Assembly: GCA_047601445.1 (NCBI GenBank)
Contig: JASGJH010000001.1
Coordinates: 1,568,001-1,632,000 of the forward strand
Source: Myxococcales bacterium
GTDB taxonomy: Bacteria > Myxococcota_A > Polyangia > Polyangiales > DASUME01
DNA: 64,000 bases
Reading direction: 5' to 3'
In this document: positions 18,915 through 28,604 of the stretch, in pieces
How the letters are laid out: the number at the start of each line of letters is the position of its first letter
How positions within the stretch are numbered: the stretch's first letter is position 1
Program-made: the position numbers and the translations under genes
Notes under the pieces: generated by a model
Database searches by the model: none
The model's input: the letters and a program-made list of their open reading frames with translations, nothing else
Told to the model about the DNA's origin: nothing

Positions 18915-19358
18915 ATGGCTGGTTTTTCTTCCAACAAACCGAGCGCACCGATCACCGGCATCAACGTCACGCCGCTCGTGGACATCACCCTGGTGCTGCT
19001 GATCATCTTCATGGTCACCGCCAAGCTCGTGGTCTCGCGCGCGGTGCCGCTGGACCTGCCCAAGGCAGCCACCGGCGGTGAGGTGCAGCAGATTTTCAGC
19101 GTCTCGCTGCGCACCGACGGCGTGAGCTTCGTCGACGGCATGCAGGTCGACTCGGACCGCGAGCTCTTGAACCGAGCTCGCAGCGCCCTCGCGCAACACC
19201 CCGAGCTGCGCGCGGTGGTGCAGGCCGACGGCTCGGTCGAGCACCGCCGCGTGATGCATGCGCTCGACGTGTTGCGCCAGGCGGGACTGTCGCGGGTCGC
19301 CTTCGGGGTGTCCCTGGGCGCGCCGGTCGAGGCCCTGGAGATGGAGCCTTCCCAGTGA
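18915..19358 (+). CDS. exbD: Biopolymer transport protein ExbD/TolR
   Basis: INVTPLVDITLVLLIIFMVTA, LDLPKA, VQADGSV...VMHALD. Confidence 0.92.
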   Translation: MAGFSSNKPSAPITGINVTPLVDITLVLLIIFMVTAKLVVSRAVPLDLPKAATGGEVQQIFSVSLRTDGVSFVDGMQVDSDRELLNRARSALAQHPELRAVVQADGSVEHRRVMHALDVLRQAGLSRVAFGVSLGAPVEALEMEPSQ

Positions 19359-20233
19359 GTTCGCCCTGGGAGCTCGCCGAACTCGACGCGGGCGGCGACC
19401 TCTCGCAGCTCACGCGGCTCGCAAAGGACAGGCCGCGTTGTCGCGCGCTCGATGAGTTTCCGGTCAGCTCATGGAACGCGCCTCTGATGGCTGCGGCAGG
19501 CACGCTGTGCGCCCACGGTGCGCTCGTACTGCTAGCGACGTGGCTTGGGCTGCGTCAGCCCCGTCCGCGCGTCGAATCGGTACCGGTGACCCAGATGATG
19601 GAGGTCGACCTGACGCCTCCACCCCCCAAGCCCGTTGTGCCCGAAGAGCACTCGCCCGATCGCCTAACCGAGCCAAGCGCCAAGGCGCCCGTACCGCGCA
19701 TGCGCGAGCCCAAGCTCGAAGCGCCAAAGCCTCCCACGCAGGCTGCCCCGCCGCCCGCCGCGGCTGAAGCTGCTCAGGTACTCACGCAGGAGTCTCCCGT
19801 GGCGGACGTCGGCGAGGCCATCGTGGTCGGTAACGCGGCCGTGCACGCGGGGGGAACCAGCGAGGCCGGAGGCACTGCCACGCACGCCGTGCACGACCTC
19901 GCTGCGCGCGCGGGCGGCGTCGAAGCTGGCACGGGGCGAGACCTCGCGGCAGATCGCTCGCGTCAGCCGGCGCTGGCCGGCGGCTTCGAGTGGGATTGCC
20001 CCTTCCCCGAGGAAGCAGAAGACGAAGGCATCGACGACGGCCACGTGACACTGCGGGTCGAGGTTGGTGCCGACGGCAGCGTGCTCGAGGTGCAGGTGCA
20101 ATCCGATCCGGGCTACGGCTTCGGCCGCGAAGCCAAGCGCTGCGCGCTGCGCAAGCGCTGGGTCGCAGGGCTCGACCGCGCAGGCCTGCCCACGCGCTCG
20201 GCGGCCCTCGTGCGGGTGAAGTTCGAGCGCTGA
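19355..20233 (+). CDS. TonB-like energy transducer
   Basis: TM helix containing His (CAHG), Pro-rich spacer and TonB C-terminal domain (PFPEEA...G.V.LRVEVGADGSV..V.V..DPGYGF); GTGA overlap with exbD; exact start uncertain. Confidence 0.82.
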   Translation: MSSPWELAELDAGGDLSQLTRLAKDRPRCRALDEFPVSSWNAPLMAAAGTLCAHGALVLLATWLGLRQPRPRVESVPVTQMMEVDLTPPPPKPVVPEEHSPDRLTEPSAKAPVPRMREPKLEAPKPPTQAAPPPAAAEAAQVLTQESPVADVGEAIVVGNAAVHAGGTSEAGGTATHAVHDLAARAGGVEAGTGRDLAADRSRQPALAGGFEWDCPFPEEAEDEGIDDGHVTLRVEVGADGSVLEVQVQSDPGYGFGREAKRCALRKRWVAGLDRAGLPTRSAALVRVKFER

Positions 20234-20261
20234 CGCCTCCGTCGCGCCGGCTCGAAAGGCC

Positions 20262-21590
20262 TTACTCCTCGTCGAGGTCCACGCGCCCGAAGCGCGGGTT
20301 CACGATGGTGTTGTGGACGCTGCCGAAGGTGTAGGTCAGCGCGAACTCGCCGACGAGCATGAAATCCGTCGGTTGTTGCACGGTCCACAGCAGCAGCTCG
20401 TGATCGGTGACCGGTCTACCCCGCAGGTTGATCAGGTCCTTCACGTAGGCGGACTCTCCCTCGAGGGTCATGGCCAGGCCCTCGAACAGCCGCAAACTCA
20501 GCACTACGCCCATGCTCACCCGGTACAGACGCGGATCATCGAGGAACATGTTGACCTGTCCGATCCACTGCACGCTGCCCCAGGGCTGGTTCACGTCGGC
20601 GATCAACGAGAGCGCGTGGTAGGGGCGAACCTCCTGCAGGATTTGCTCGGTGTTGCGCTCGAAGTAGCGGTTGGCCCAAACGCCCACCTGATAGGCCGTG
20701 CGCAGCTGCCGCGTCGCGTTCTCCGTGTAGGGGAACGCGTTGATCTCCACGATGGGTCCACCGTTCAGGTGCCAGCGTACGTTCTCGAACTCGCTCGCTT
20801 CGGCGGTGGCGATGGCGCCGAGGGCCATGTGATGGCGCACCGAGTGCGCGTAGACCCCGCGGCCGTTCCAGCCGAACACGTCACCGCTGATGCGGCGGCC
20901 GTCTTCGAGGCGATAGCCGGTGAAGTGCCGCTCGTACCCGCCGCGCAGCCGAAACTTGGAGCTGTCCGTGATGCGCCGCACGGTGAGCGCGGAGGTGGCC
21001 TCGACGAAGTAGTAGCCGCTACCGGCCTCGCCACTCCCGCCGAGTTCGGGAGTGAAGACCCAGTAGTGCCAGGGGTCGGTGAGCTTGCTGAGCGTGGTGT
21101 TCTCGCGCTTGGGGATACCGAGTTCGAAGGCGGCTCGATGTGGTGTGTCCTCGAGGGCCAGGTAGAGCACACGCAGGCTGAGCTGGAGCACGCGCTCACG
21201 CACGGAGTGGGCGGGCGCGTAGGGTGGCAGCGCAGTGGACTCCGAGCCCTCACGCTGGAACGCGCCGTCACGCAGGCGTCGGCTCAAGGTCACCGTCCAG
21301 CGCTCACCACCGTTGCCAGCGGGCTGCCGCACCAGGAGCAGCGTGAAATCTGCCAGGTGGGGATCACGCACGAGGTCGAAGTAGCTGAGCTCCTGGCGCA
21401 GGTACGAGTCGAAGCACTCGCCCTGACAAGACAAGAACACGCGCGGCACGGCAGCCGGCCCCTGGGCGCGCGCAGTCGGAGTCAGCGCCGAGGGCAGGCT
21501 CCAAAGGAGGAGGAGAAGGAGCGCCAGCGCCGCCCGAGCGCAGAGCCGACGATCACGGAGCAGCAGGCAGGCAAGGCACGGAGGAGACAC
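20262..21590 (-). CDS. Exported hypothetical protein, probable outer-membrane beta-barrel
   Basis: Signal peptide ending ARA-Q; N-domain C...C..YLRQEL.YFDLVRD; amphipathic beta strands; C-terminal YTFGSVHNTIVNPRFG. Start (GTG 21590) uncertain. Confidence 0.7.
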   Translation of the reverse strand: MSPPCLACLLLRDRRLCARAALALLLLLLWSLPSALTPTARAQGPAAVPRVFLSCQGECFDSYLRQELSYFDLVRDPHLADFTLLLVRQPAGNGGERWTVTLSRRLRDGAFQREGSESTALPPYAPAHSVRERVLQLSLRVLYLALEDTPHRAAFELGIPKRENTTLSKLTDPWHYWVFTPELGGSGEAGSGYYFVEATSALTVRRITDSSKFRLRGGYERHFTGYRLEDGRRISGDVFGWNGRGVYAHSVRHHMALGAIATAEASEFENVRWHLNGGPIVEINAFPYTENATRQLRTAYQVGVWANRYFERNTEQILQEVRPYHALSLIADVNQPWGSVQWIGQVNMFLDDPRLYRVSMGVVLSLRLFEGLAMTLEGESAYVKDLINLRGRPVTDHELLLWTVQQPTDFMLVGEFALTYTFGSVHNTIVNPRFGRVDLDEE

Positions 21591-21633
21591 GGTTTCGACA
21601 GCTGCGCCCGAGCCGTTCTGATCGGGCGTTATT

Positions 21634-21652
21634 GATAATGAAAATCCTATTC
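21634..21652. promoter_or_regulatory. Fur box
   Basis: GATAATGAAAATCCTATTC, 15/19 match to the classical GATAATGATAATCATTATC consensus, upstream of the 20262-21590 gene. Confidence 0.7.
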
Positions 21653-21863
21653 TAAATAGCGAGCCTGGCCGACCTGTCAAGCCGCGCCCCCCTACGCGCA
21701 GGACACCATTCTGGAATTTTCGCGCAGCAATCGAGTGAAGCGAAAGCCGACCGAGCCGCGTCAAGCCACGGATCGGGTCGAATAGCGCGGGTCAAACTCA
21801 CGCGAAGATGAAAACGGAAGTCAATTGTGGACGGCATGCCATCCGCTACCGAACGCCCGCGGA

Positions 21864-23241
21864 TCAGGTCCCGCGGCGCCTTACGAGTAGCTCCACCATC
21901 ACCGGCTTCGACGGCCGCACGGTGCCGATGGCCACGGGCCTCACGTCATGACAGGGCCGCAGGTTGAACTCGTAGCGGAGCAGCATCTGAGCCACCAGGA
22001 TGGTGGTCTCGATGAGCGAGAATGTGTTGCCGATGCAGATGCGGGGGCCGATGGAGAACGGCAGATAGCTCCCCGGGTGCCGCCCCTTGTTGCGAGCCGG
22101 CTCGAAGCGCTCTGGATCGAAGCGCTCGGGTCGTTCCCAGGTGATCGCGGTGCCGATGCGCCGCCCAGATGAAGGGCAAGACGACCTCCCCTGCTTCCAC
22201 GCGATAGCCCCCGAGCTCGTCGGCGGCCACGGCGTTGCGCCCCACGATGGCCGCGGGAGGGCGCAGGCGCAGCGTTTCATCGATGACCTGCCGGACGTAC
22301 TGGAGTTTCGGCACGTCGGCGAACCCAGGATCGCGACCACCGAGTACGCCATCCACTTCTTCGACCATGCGGCGCAGCACCTCGCGTTCTTCGGAGAGCA
22401 GCGCGAACAACCAGGTCAACGTGAGCGCGGTGGTCTCGTGTCCGGCGAGGAAGAGCGTCAGCACCTCGGAGCGCACGGCCTGGTCGGAGAGGGGCTGGCC
22501 CTGTTCGTCGCGGGCATCGAGCAACATGGAGAGCAGCGTGCCCGAGTCGGCGCCCCGCTCGCGCCCCACTCGGATGATGTCGTAGACGTTTTGGTTGAGC
22601 TCACGCAACGTGCGTCTGAATTTGAAGTTGTGGGGCGTGGGCAGCCAGCTCGGCAGCGGCACACCGTTGACGCCGTTGCTGAGCACCTCCAGGGCCTCGC
22701 TCATGGTGTGGTAGGAGATTGCACCGCTCGCCAACGTACCGGGTCCGAACAGCGCGTTGACCACCACGTCCATGGTGACCGCGACCATCTCGCGATGGAT
22801 ATCCAGGGTTTTCGAGGTAGTGCCGATGCGCGCGGAGAGGTCGTCGAAGTAGCGGGCGCCACGATCGATCATGATCTGCGCGAGCCGCTCCAAAGATTGC
22901 CGATGGAATGCCGGTTGCGCGAGCGTACGCCGAGCGCGCCAGGCTTCCCCTTCCAAGGTCACGAGCCCATCGCCCACCAAGGTCCGCAAGTGGTCGTAGA
23001 CGGGCCCCTTCACGTAGTTCTGACGCTGTCCCAGCAGCACACGTTGAAGGTCGTCGGGGTGGGCCGCCACGGTGGCGCGCATGCTGGCGGTGCGGATACG
23101 AAACACGTCGCCGTGCACCGCCCACTGCTGCTCGAAGAACGGCAAGAGTCCGCGGAACACCCCGAGGTTGCCGACCACCGGCCAAGCCCGCGGGCCAGGG
23201 GCCACGCGTTTTACGCTCTCGATCGTCTGCGTCTCTTGCAT
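21864..23241 (-). CDS. Cytochrome P450 (one frameshift near 22140; sequencing error or pseudogene)
   Basis: [18 protein letters not shown] and ETLRLRPP in one frame; [12 protein letters not shown] and heme motif [11 protein letters not shown] in another; junction CAC-C-TGG has one extra base. Confidence 0.9.
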
Positions 23242-23323
23242 GGGCTTCCCTCGTCCTTCGGTTTCAGGCCCGGATGGGCGGGCGATGGCTCGATTGGCAG
23301 GTCACGTCGTCTCGCTGGTGGTC

Positions 23324-23899
23324 TCAGTAATCGGCGGGCGCGCACAGGCTGACGCCACGCGCAGCGGCTCCCGCAATGCCTTCATTGCAACGTTCGCCCG
23401 CGGCGCAGTCGGAGTCACAAAAGCAGTACGTGCGGCACGCGCCCGCCACGCAGGTCTGCTGCGGCGGACAGGTGGTCGAGAGCGCCGACTCTCCGCACGG
23501 AGTCGCCGGCAGCCCACTGAAGACACAGCGTCCGGTGAGCGGGCTGGCCTGCGGATCCAGCGTGCACTGGGTGACCCCTGCGGTGCAGCCGGTATTGCGG
23601 ACTGGATCGCAGCCAGTCACCGCGGCTGGCACGCATTGCTCCGGCTGACCTGCGTCGTCCCGCGAGCTCGCATCGGCCACGGCCCCATCGGAGCGCGGCT
23701 CGGGCTTGGAGGCATCGTGGACCGGATCCTCAGGGTCGGGGTCGTCATCGCCGTCGGCTTCTGGCTCGCTCGGCTCGAGCACAGCCCCATCGCGGCCCGC
23801 GTCCTGCTGAGGCTCCACCAGCGCCAGAGCGTCGCCGCCGGACCCGCCGAAGCGACAACCCGCGAGGACCAGCCACAGCATCCTGCGCAGCGCCCTCAT
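23324..23899 (-). CDS. Cys-rich lipoprotein
   Basis: Lipobox LAGC, acidic linker, Cys-rich domain (CDPVRNTGC...CRTYCFCDSDC); ATGA overlap with the upstream gene. Confidence 0.8.
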   Translation of the reverse strand: MRALRRMLWLVLAGCRFGGSGGDALALVEPQQDAGRDGAVLEPSEPEADGDDDPDPEDPVHDASKPEPRSDGAVADASSRDDAGQPEQCVPAAVTGCDPVRNTGCTAGVTQCTLDPQASPLTGRCVFSGLPATPCGESALSTTCPPQQTCVAGACRTYCFCDSDCAAGERCNEGIAGAAARGVSLCAPADY

Positions 23900-25416
23900 A
23901 GATTCACCGCCAAGTACAAGCCTGCCGTGGTCAGCCAGCCTCCGCTGGAGAAGCCGGGCCAGCCAGGATTGTTGGTCTGCAGGCCCGCGGCACCGGCAAT
24001 GGGCACGCCGCTCAACTGGGCGTCATCTGGTACTTCGTCTTTGACGAGCGAAGGAGTGCGGTCGCGACCGTCGGCAAAACTCGGCGGCGTGAGCTTGCGA
24101 ACCGACCGATGCAGCAGCCAGAAGCTCTGCAATGACACGCCCAGCCTCAACGTCGTATCGAGGACACGAAATGCGTAGTCGAGGTTGAGGTTGGTGCCCA
24201 CCCGGTCGTTGTCCACGTAGTTCGAGCGTCCGAACTGGAGTGGCACCGGGGTCGGCTTGTACTGGAGATCGAGGCCGACTCGCAAGTCGTGGAACGTGCC
24301 TCGCAGCCCCACCGCGGGCGTGATGGTATCCTGCCAGGCGAGCCCAGGTAGAGGTCGCTCGCCATGACGATCGACGTAGCGAGACCAGCGACCGAACAAC
24401 GCCGAGGCGGACAGTGTCAGGGTGCGCGAAGCCTGCTGCAGCACGTCGACGCTGGTGCCTAGCGAGGCCTGCCAGGGCATCCAGTCGAACACGAAGTGCA
24501 TGCTGGAGGTCTGTTCCAGGCCGCTCGCGAGCAAGAACCGGACGTGGGCGTCCACCTGCTGCCGCTGCGGAGCGTGCAACGTGCCCGTGATGCGCCAGCG
24601 CGGCAACGGGTTCCAGGCGAAGCCACCATGCGGCGCGAAGCCCACGTTGCCCTGGGCGTCCACGTTGAGCACCAGGTCCTGCAGTCGAGCTGCGTCGGCC
24701 ACGAACACTGGCGTAGTGGCCGCGGCGCGCACGACGAAGCTGCTGCCGAGCCCGAGCGAGAAGGCTTTGTTGAAGCGATAGCCAATCCCCGTCGACATGG
24801 CCAGGGGCGAGGTACGATCCCCGTACAGCTCCGGGTGCAAGCTGTTCGAGAGGTATTGTTCACGCTCGTCCACGTAGAAGCTGCGCATGCGCAGGAACGG
24901 CTGGTTGGGAATGAGTCCGTAGAGGCCGATCGAGAGCCGCCGCTCGAAGAACTGCGCCACGATGCCAATGGCCTCGTAGCTCTGGGTGCCCTTCCCGGTC
25001 CCCGCAGCTTGCCTCGGACGCGCACTGGTGGCGCTGTGAATGCTGGACTCCTCCCGACCGTGCTCGAGGATGTCCGTGCCGAGGGGATAGCCATCGAAGC
25101 GCGTACCGTCGGCATGGGCGGCGTTCTCGAAGTCGTTGGGCACGTCGGCGCGCGGGTCGCCACGGGCCGCGACCTGTACATCGATCGCGCTGTGTAGGAT
25201 CAGAACACCCAGGCTGACTCCAGTGCTTCCGTCGCCCAAGAGTGCGGGATTGAAGTAGGCAGCCGAGGCACCGTTGGCCAGGGTGCGTCCCTGCTGTCCG
25301 CCCTGATCGCCGATCGAGCCGCCGAGCTCGAGCAGCGGAGAAGCATGGACGGGCCCTGCGAGCCACATGCTCCAGGCCAAGAGGCACACCGCCAACCAGC
25401 ACCGCTCAATACGCAT
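23896..25416 (-). CDS. FadL/OmpP1-like outer-membrane hydrophobic-compound channel
   Basis: Signal peptide; N-terminal hatch-like 'ASAAYFNPALL'; beta strands; 'NYVDNDR' motif; C-terminal amphipathic strand. Confidence 0.78.
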   Translation of the reverse strand: MRIERCWLAVCLLAWSMWLAGPVHASPLLELGGSIGDQGGQQGRTLANGASAAYFNPALLGDGSTGVSLGVLILHSAIDVQVAARGDPRADVPNDFENAAHADGTRFDGYPLGTDILEHGREESSIHSATSARPRQAAGTGKGTQSYEAIGIVAQFFERRLSIGLYGLIPNQPFLRMRSFYVDEREQYLSNSLHPELYGDRTSPLAMSTGIGYRFNKAFSLGLGSSFVVRAAATTPVFVADAARLQDLVLNVDAQGNVGFAPHGGFAWNPLPRWRITGTLHAPQRQQVDAHVRFLLASGLEQTSSMHFVFDWMPWQASLGTSVDVLQQASRTLTLSASALFGRWSRYVDRHGERPLPGLAWQDTITPAVGLRGTFHDLRVGLDLQYKPTPVPLQFGRSNYVDNDRVGTNLNLDYAFRVLDTTLRLGVSLQSFWLLHRSVRKLTPPSFADGRDRTPSLVKDEVPDDAQLSGVPIAGAAGLQTNNPGWPGFSSGGWLTTAGLYLAVNL

Positions 25417-26407
25417 CGGCCGTCAACTCGGGCGCGAGGCTGCGCACGCTGGCACAGACCTCGCTGTCGGTGCCCACGGCCTGGGCCGCAGAGAGCTTGG
25501 CGAACACGGCGTAGTGCAGCGAGGCGTCGCCGTCCTTGGCGCCGGCTGCCTTGAGGGCATCGGTGGTGACCCCGAGCACCGACTCTTCCTGGCCCCAGTC
25601 GAGCGGCAGGCGAAACGTCGTGGCGCGCTTGTCGACTTGCCCGCTGTAGCTGGTCCAGGAGCGCGATGCGCTGTAGCGCGTGCCGTTCAACACACCGCTG
25701 ATGTGGATGGAGATGCCCGGCTGGCCGTCGCGGTCCCAATCTTCCCAACCTACCGTATCGCCCTGGGCCGGCTGTTCGAGCGACGGCAACGGTCGACTCG
25801 TATCGCCGTAGTACGGCATGGTGGCGCCTAACACGCGGTAGTCGCGGCCCCACTGGACGCTGCAACGGCTTCCCATCAGCTTGGCTTTGCCGGTCCGGCG
25901 ATGCGGATCGTTCTTGGCTTGCATGGCTGGCCACGCTTCGTGCATGTCGATACTGACGCCCAACGATCCGACCCGATTGGCCCCGGTCCCACAGACCAGG
26001 CCCTTTTTCACGCGCAGGTTCTCCCCACTCTGCTCGACCTCCAGATACACCCACCACAGCGTGGCCTGCTTGATGCCGAGACCACTCGCCACGAGGCGCT
26101 CGGTGATCAACCAGCGCCCGCTGAAGTCGCAGTCCGGGTTGGCAGGGATGGCGCCCGCGTCGCCGCCCATGCCCGCGTCGAAGTCACCGGCATCGGGTTC
26201 CGGCGCGGGTCCCTCGTCGCTCTCCGCATCCCCTGCTGCATCGGGCGCGGATGCCGCGCCATCGCGGGGCTCATCGTAGGAAGACGCGTCTGCATAGCGA
26301 TCGGGCGGCACCTCGGTCACGAAGCACCCTCCGTGACAAAGCGCTGCTACGAGTACTGCGTTGCGTGCCAGCGGCGGCGTCGCGCAAGCGCGGTCTACGA
26401 ACGCCAT
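25406..26407 (-). CDS. Probable lipoprotein with acidic linker and DxDxDGxPG motif
   Basis: Hydrophobic stretch ending HGGC; PDAG-type linker; CDFSGRW; WEDWDRDGQPGIS. Overlaps the FadL-like gene start by 11 nt; start uncertain. Confidence 0.72.
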   Translation of the reverse strand: MAFVDRACATPPLARNAVLVAALCHGGCFVTEVPPDRYADASSYDEPRDGAASAPDAAGDAESDEGPAPEPDAGDFDAGMGGDAGAIPANPDCDFSGRWLITERLVASGLGIKQATLWWVYLEVEQSGENLRVKKGLVCGTGANRVGSLGVSIDMHEAWPAMQAKNDPHRRTGKAKLMGSRCSVQWGRDYRVLGATMPYYGDTSRPLPSLEQPAQGDTVGWEDWDRDGQPGISIHISGVLNGTRYSASRSWTSYSGQVDKRATTFRLPLDWGQEESVLGVTTDALKAAGAKDGDASLHYAVFAKLSAAQAVGTDSEVCASVRSLAPELTADAY

Positions 26408-26598
26408 CCTCACCATGCCTCCAGGCGCGAATCCCGCGCCAACCCATCCGCCACGGACGAAGGGCACGCGCCGCCCGTGCGCGGCGATGCCCGTGTATTC
26501 ATGTCCGGGAAGGCACGAAGTTATGACCACCAGGTGAACTTTTTTGAAGCCTCCCCGGCATCCCGCCCCACCGGCGCCCTGCGCCGCCGCGCCCAACG

Positions 26599-28362
26599 TC
26601 AGCTCGCGAAGTCGGCGGCGATCACATGCTCGATATTGCGCTCCGCCAGCGCCGTGATCGAGAGGCTCGGGTTCGCCCCCAGGCCGATGGGAATCAGGGA
26701 GCCATCGGTCACGTACAGCCCGGGGTACTCGCGAATCCGCCCGTATTCGTCGGTCGCCTCACCAAGCGGCACGCCGCCGAGGGGATGATAGGTGCACTGG
26801 TCCCCGAATTGCCCGTTGTCCTGAAAGGTGAGCTGGGTCGAGTACGCGGTGCCGTTCGCCGCGTTGACCTGATCGAAGATGTACTTGGCGGCCGCCACCG
26901 AAGGCTCGTTTTGTGAGCGAGTCCACTGGAGGTTTACGCTGTCGCTGCCCGCGTCGTACTTGAAGTAGCCGGCTTCGGGGTTATCCGCGATCAGGATAAT
27001 GAAGGATTGCCACGAGGGGACGCCCACCGGAAAGGGGGCAAACTCCGCCACGGTGCGCCGGCCCTTGCCATCGCGCGTGATGAGGCAGTGGGAAGGAATG
27101 GTGCACTGATCCGCGCCCGTCGGCAGGGAGAGCGGGGTATCGAGAGCCACGAACAGATCGCCGTTCGGGCCCCACTTGGTGCCGACCTTCTCGTTGAGGT
27201 TCGGCAGATCGCCGCGTTCACGGGCCGCCACCAAAAGCTCGCTCGTGGCCATGCTGCCCGCACCGACGAACAGGTGAGTGCAGCTGAACTCCTTGCGCCC
27301 GAGCACGCTGCCCTTGAGATCGATGTTCTCGACCTCCACCACGTAGCCGCCTGCCCCATTGGGTTTGATGCGCTTCACGATGTGCAGAGCGTGGAGGGTC
27401 AACAAGCCCGTCCCGAGGGCCTCAGCCAGGTAGGTCTTATCGAGACTGCGCTTGCCGTAGTTGTTGCCGAAGCCCGCCTCGCCGCCCAGTGCCGAGCGCG
27501 GCACCTGGTTGTCGAGCTCGCGCTCCATGTAGTCGAAGTCGTAGCCAGACTGGAGCTGGGCCCACTTGAAGCCCGCGTTGCGCGCGAGTTCGATGCCCAC
27601 GCGAGAGTAGCGATAGAACTCCGAGTCGATCATGCGCTGTGAGGCGGAACCTGCGTGGAGCATCATCTTCGCGCGCGGCAGATAGGTCCCGTAGAACGCG
27701 TCGGCGTCCACCGCCGGCAGGGTGCGCTCGAACATCGAGCGATCCGGCGCGAGGTAAAGCGCCATGTTGACCAGCGAACCGCCACCGACCCCTCGTCCCT
27801 GATAAACACGCATCTCGCGCGGCCCGCGCGCCTCGAGCACACCTGCCTCCACCGGAGTCTCCATCTCGGTGGACACGCCGAGGAAGGTCTTCACCTGGGC
27901 CTCGGTCTTGCTCTGGAACCACATCGCCCGACCGTCGGGCGTGAAGGGCTTGCAGAAGATCTTGCCGTCGTCGCCAGGGGTGTTCCAAAGCCGCCCCGCC
28001 TCCAGCATCGTCACCGGAATGCCTGCCTCCGTCAGGCGCAGGGCCGTCACCGCGGATCCGTAGCCGCTGCCGATGATCAACACCGAAACTCCGTTGCGAT
28101 CCACGCGCACACCCGAGTCGTTCAGCGTTGCCGCGTCGTGCCCGGCGTCCGTGGTCCCCGGCTGGCCTCCGCCCGTGGCGGCATCTCCCGCGCCGGCGTC
28201 GTCCTCCGAAAGATCATGATCGTCCCGCGCATGCCCCGCTGCAGGGCTACCGCCGCAGGCACCGAGCAACCCGAAACTCGCCACGCGCCCGAGGGAAAAG
28301 CTCGTCATGCCCAGGCTGGCGGCAACCCGAAAGGCCTGCCGACCAAAGTCGCGTCGATTCAT
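26599..28362 (-). CDS. choA: Class I (GMC) cholesterol oxidase-like flavoprotein, Tat lipoprotein
   Basis: MNRRDF Tat motif, LGAC lipobox; IIGSGYGSAVTALRL.EAG, WNTPGDDGKIFC, GRGVGGGSLVN, GNNYGKRSLDKTYL, WGPNG, AEFAP, YHPLGG and GANP resemble Streptomyces ChoA including the catalytic Glu/His/Asn positions. Confidence 0.85.
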   Translation of the reverse strand: MNRRDFGRQAFRVAASLGMTSFSLGRVASFGLLGACGGSPAAGHARDDHDLSEDDAGAGDAATGGGQPGTTDAGHDAATLNDSGVRVDRNGVSVLIIGSGYGSAVTALRLTEAGIPVTMLEAGRLWNTPGDDGKIFCKPFTPDGRAMWFQSKTEAQVKTFLGVSTEMETPVEAGVLEARGPREMRVYQGRGVGGGSLVNMALYLAPDRSMFERTLPAVDADAFYGTYLPRAKMMLHAGSASQRMIDSEFYRYSRVGIELARNAGFKWAQLQSGYDFDYMERELDNQVPRSALGGEAGFGNNYGKRSLDKTYLAEALGTGLLTLHALHIVKRIKPNGAGGYVVEVENIDLKGSVLGRKEFSCTHLFVGAGSMATSELLVAARERGDLPNLNEKVGTKWGPNGDLFVALDTPLSLPTGADQCTIPSHCLITRDGKGRRTVAEFAPFPVGVPSWQSFIILIADNPEAGYFKYDAGSDSVNLQWTRSQNEPSVAAAKYIFDQVNAANGTAYSTQLTFQDNGQFGDQCTYHPLGGVPLGEATDEYGRIREYPGLYVTDGSLIPIGLGANPSLSITALAERNIEHVIAADFAS

Positions 28363-28604
28363 GGGCCTGAAACCTAGTCATGGCGACACCGAGCACTCCA
28401 TGGCCGCGCGCGGCCAATCACTTGCTGTCGGCAGCAAGCGTGGATGGGAGGGCACGCCCCCTCGCCGCCCGTCCCATCGCAGAGATTCGCGGTGCTCACG
28501 GTTTGGGTGCACGCGCACGGAGTTCGCCCGGCGCGGATAGCCAATCAATGGCCGCGGCCAGCAATTGCTGGATAGCCCACCGACTGACTAGCTTCGGCTC
28601 ACTT

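Noticed and set aside
18162..20233. Gliding motor (AglR/Q/S-GltG) assignment for the exbB-exbD-tonB genes
   Set aside because: There is only one ExbD-like gene, no FHA or TPR gliding partners, and Fur-like boxes upstream.
22130..22150. Programmed ribosomal frameshifting in the P450, aldo/keto reductase or hybrid kinase
   Set aside because: None of the three junctions has a slippery heptamer or an evident stimulatory structure, and these families are not known to use recoding.
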